A stretch of 53,037 nucleotides of DNA, from positions 1 to 53,037 of IMG/VR virus record IMGVR_UViG_3300020044_002438, one strand, 5' to 3'. This stretch comes from a virus (taxonomy: Duplodnaviria > Caudoviricetes). The first letter of the stretch is position 1. Each line of letters opens with the position of its first letter. Below the pieces are notes generated by a model. The model had not been told where the DNA came from, ran no database searches, and was given only the letters and a program-made list of their open reading frames with translations. A program made the position numbers and the translations under genes. Shown one piece after another: positions 52,917-53,037 of the stretch.

Positions 52917-53037
52917 AGCAGGGCAAGTTGCAGAAAGGTAGGCGTAGATTTAGTAGTTGTTACATGTAACGCAGAAAGCCGAAAAACTCGTTACTTACTA
53001 CATCCTCTAGTGTCGGCTTAACCGCCTAAGGTATATA
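52917..53037 (+). repeat. exact 121-bp copy of 52201-52321 at the window end
   Basis: Base-by-base identity from AGCAGGGCAAG to TAAGGTATATA, offset 716. Confidence 0.95.

Noticed and set aside
52767-53021. 84-aa + strand ORF from the ORF track
   Set aside because: It is antisense to the capsid gene and runs across the suspicious junction into the duplicated segment.
52201-53037. 121-bp repeat as the phage's terminal direct repeat
   Set aside because: The other copy is internal, 716 bp away rather than at position 1, and the window lacks terminase and portal, so it is not a complete genome.
1-53037. tRNA or rRNA genes, integrase, alternative genetic code
   Set aside because: No cloverleaf with a T-loop consensus was noticed in the short intergenic gaps, no recombinase motifs were seen, and genes are intact in the standard code with all three stop codons in use.

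Overview
The window is most of a tailed dsDNA phage genome (podovirus-like; no tape-measure, sheath or RNA polymerase gene seen). It is cut at both ends; terminase, portal and the 5' part of the major capsid gene are not in the window. The + strand (1-20065) carries early and replication genes: a DUF3150-like/VWA-metallopeptidase pair, many small ORFs, DUF3310, a TraR/DksA-like protein, VRR-NUC, family A DNA polymerase (Leu at the 762 position), a Cas4-like exonuclease, HNH, SNF2 helicase, an SSB-like protein and a primase-DUF927 helicase. The - strand (20153-52906) carries the virion and lysis module: capsid C-terminus, small basic GG-motif proteins, adaptors, a complex tail-fibre region, M15A endolysin/holin/spanins, nozzle and ejection proteins including a 2034-aa LPD38-type protein. 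The most striking items are absent from the ORF track. They are a 23-codon pqqA gene (PQQ precursor peptide, pointing to a Methylophilaceae-type host) downstream of the capsid gene, a ~90-nt pseudoknotted element between pqqA and a convergent HNH gene, a kissing-loop 5' leader behind a near-consensus sigma70 promoter, a candidate anti-Shine-Dalgarno sRNA at the early/late convergence point, and a secreted 6-Cys mini-peptide. Also notable are a two-period repeat (ruler-like) protein and four paralogous stand-alone fibre-tip genes. All family assignments come from motif recognition by eye, and all RNA folds were derived by hand; no database search was run.
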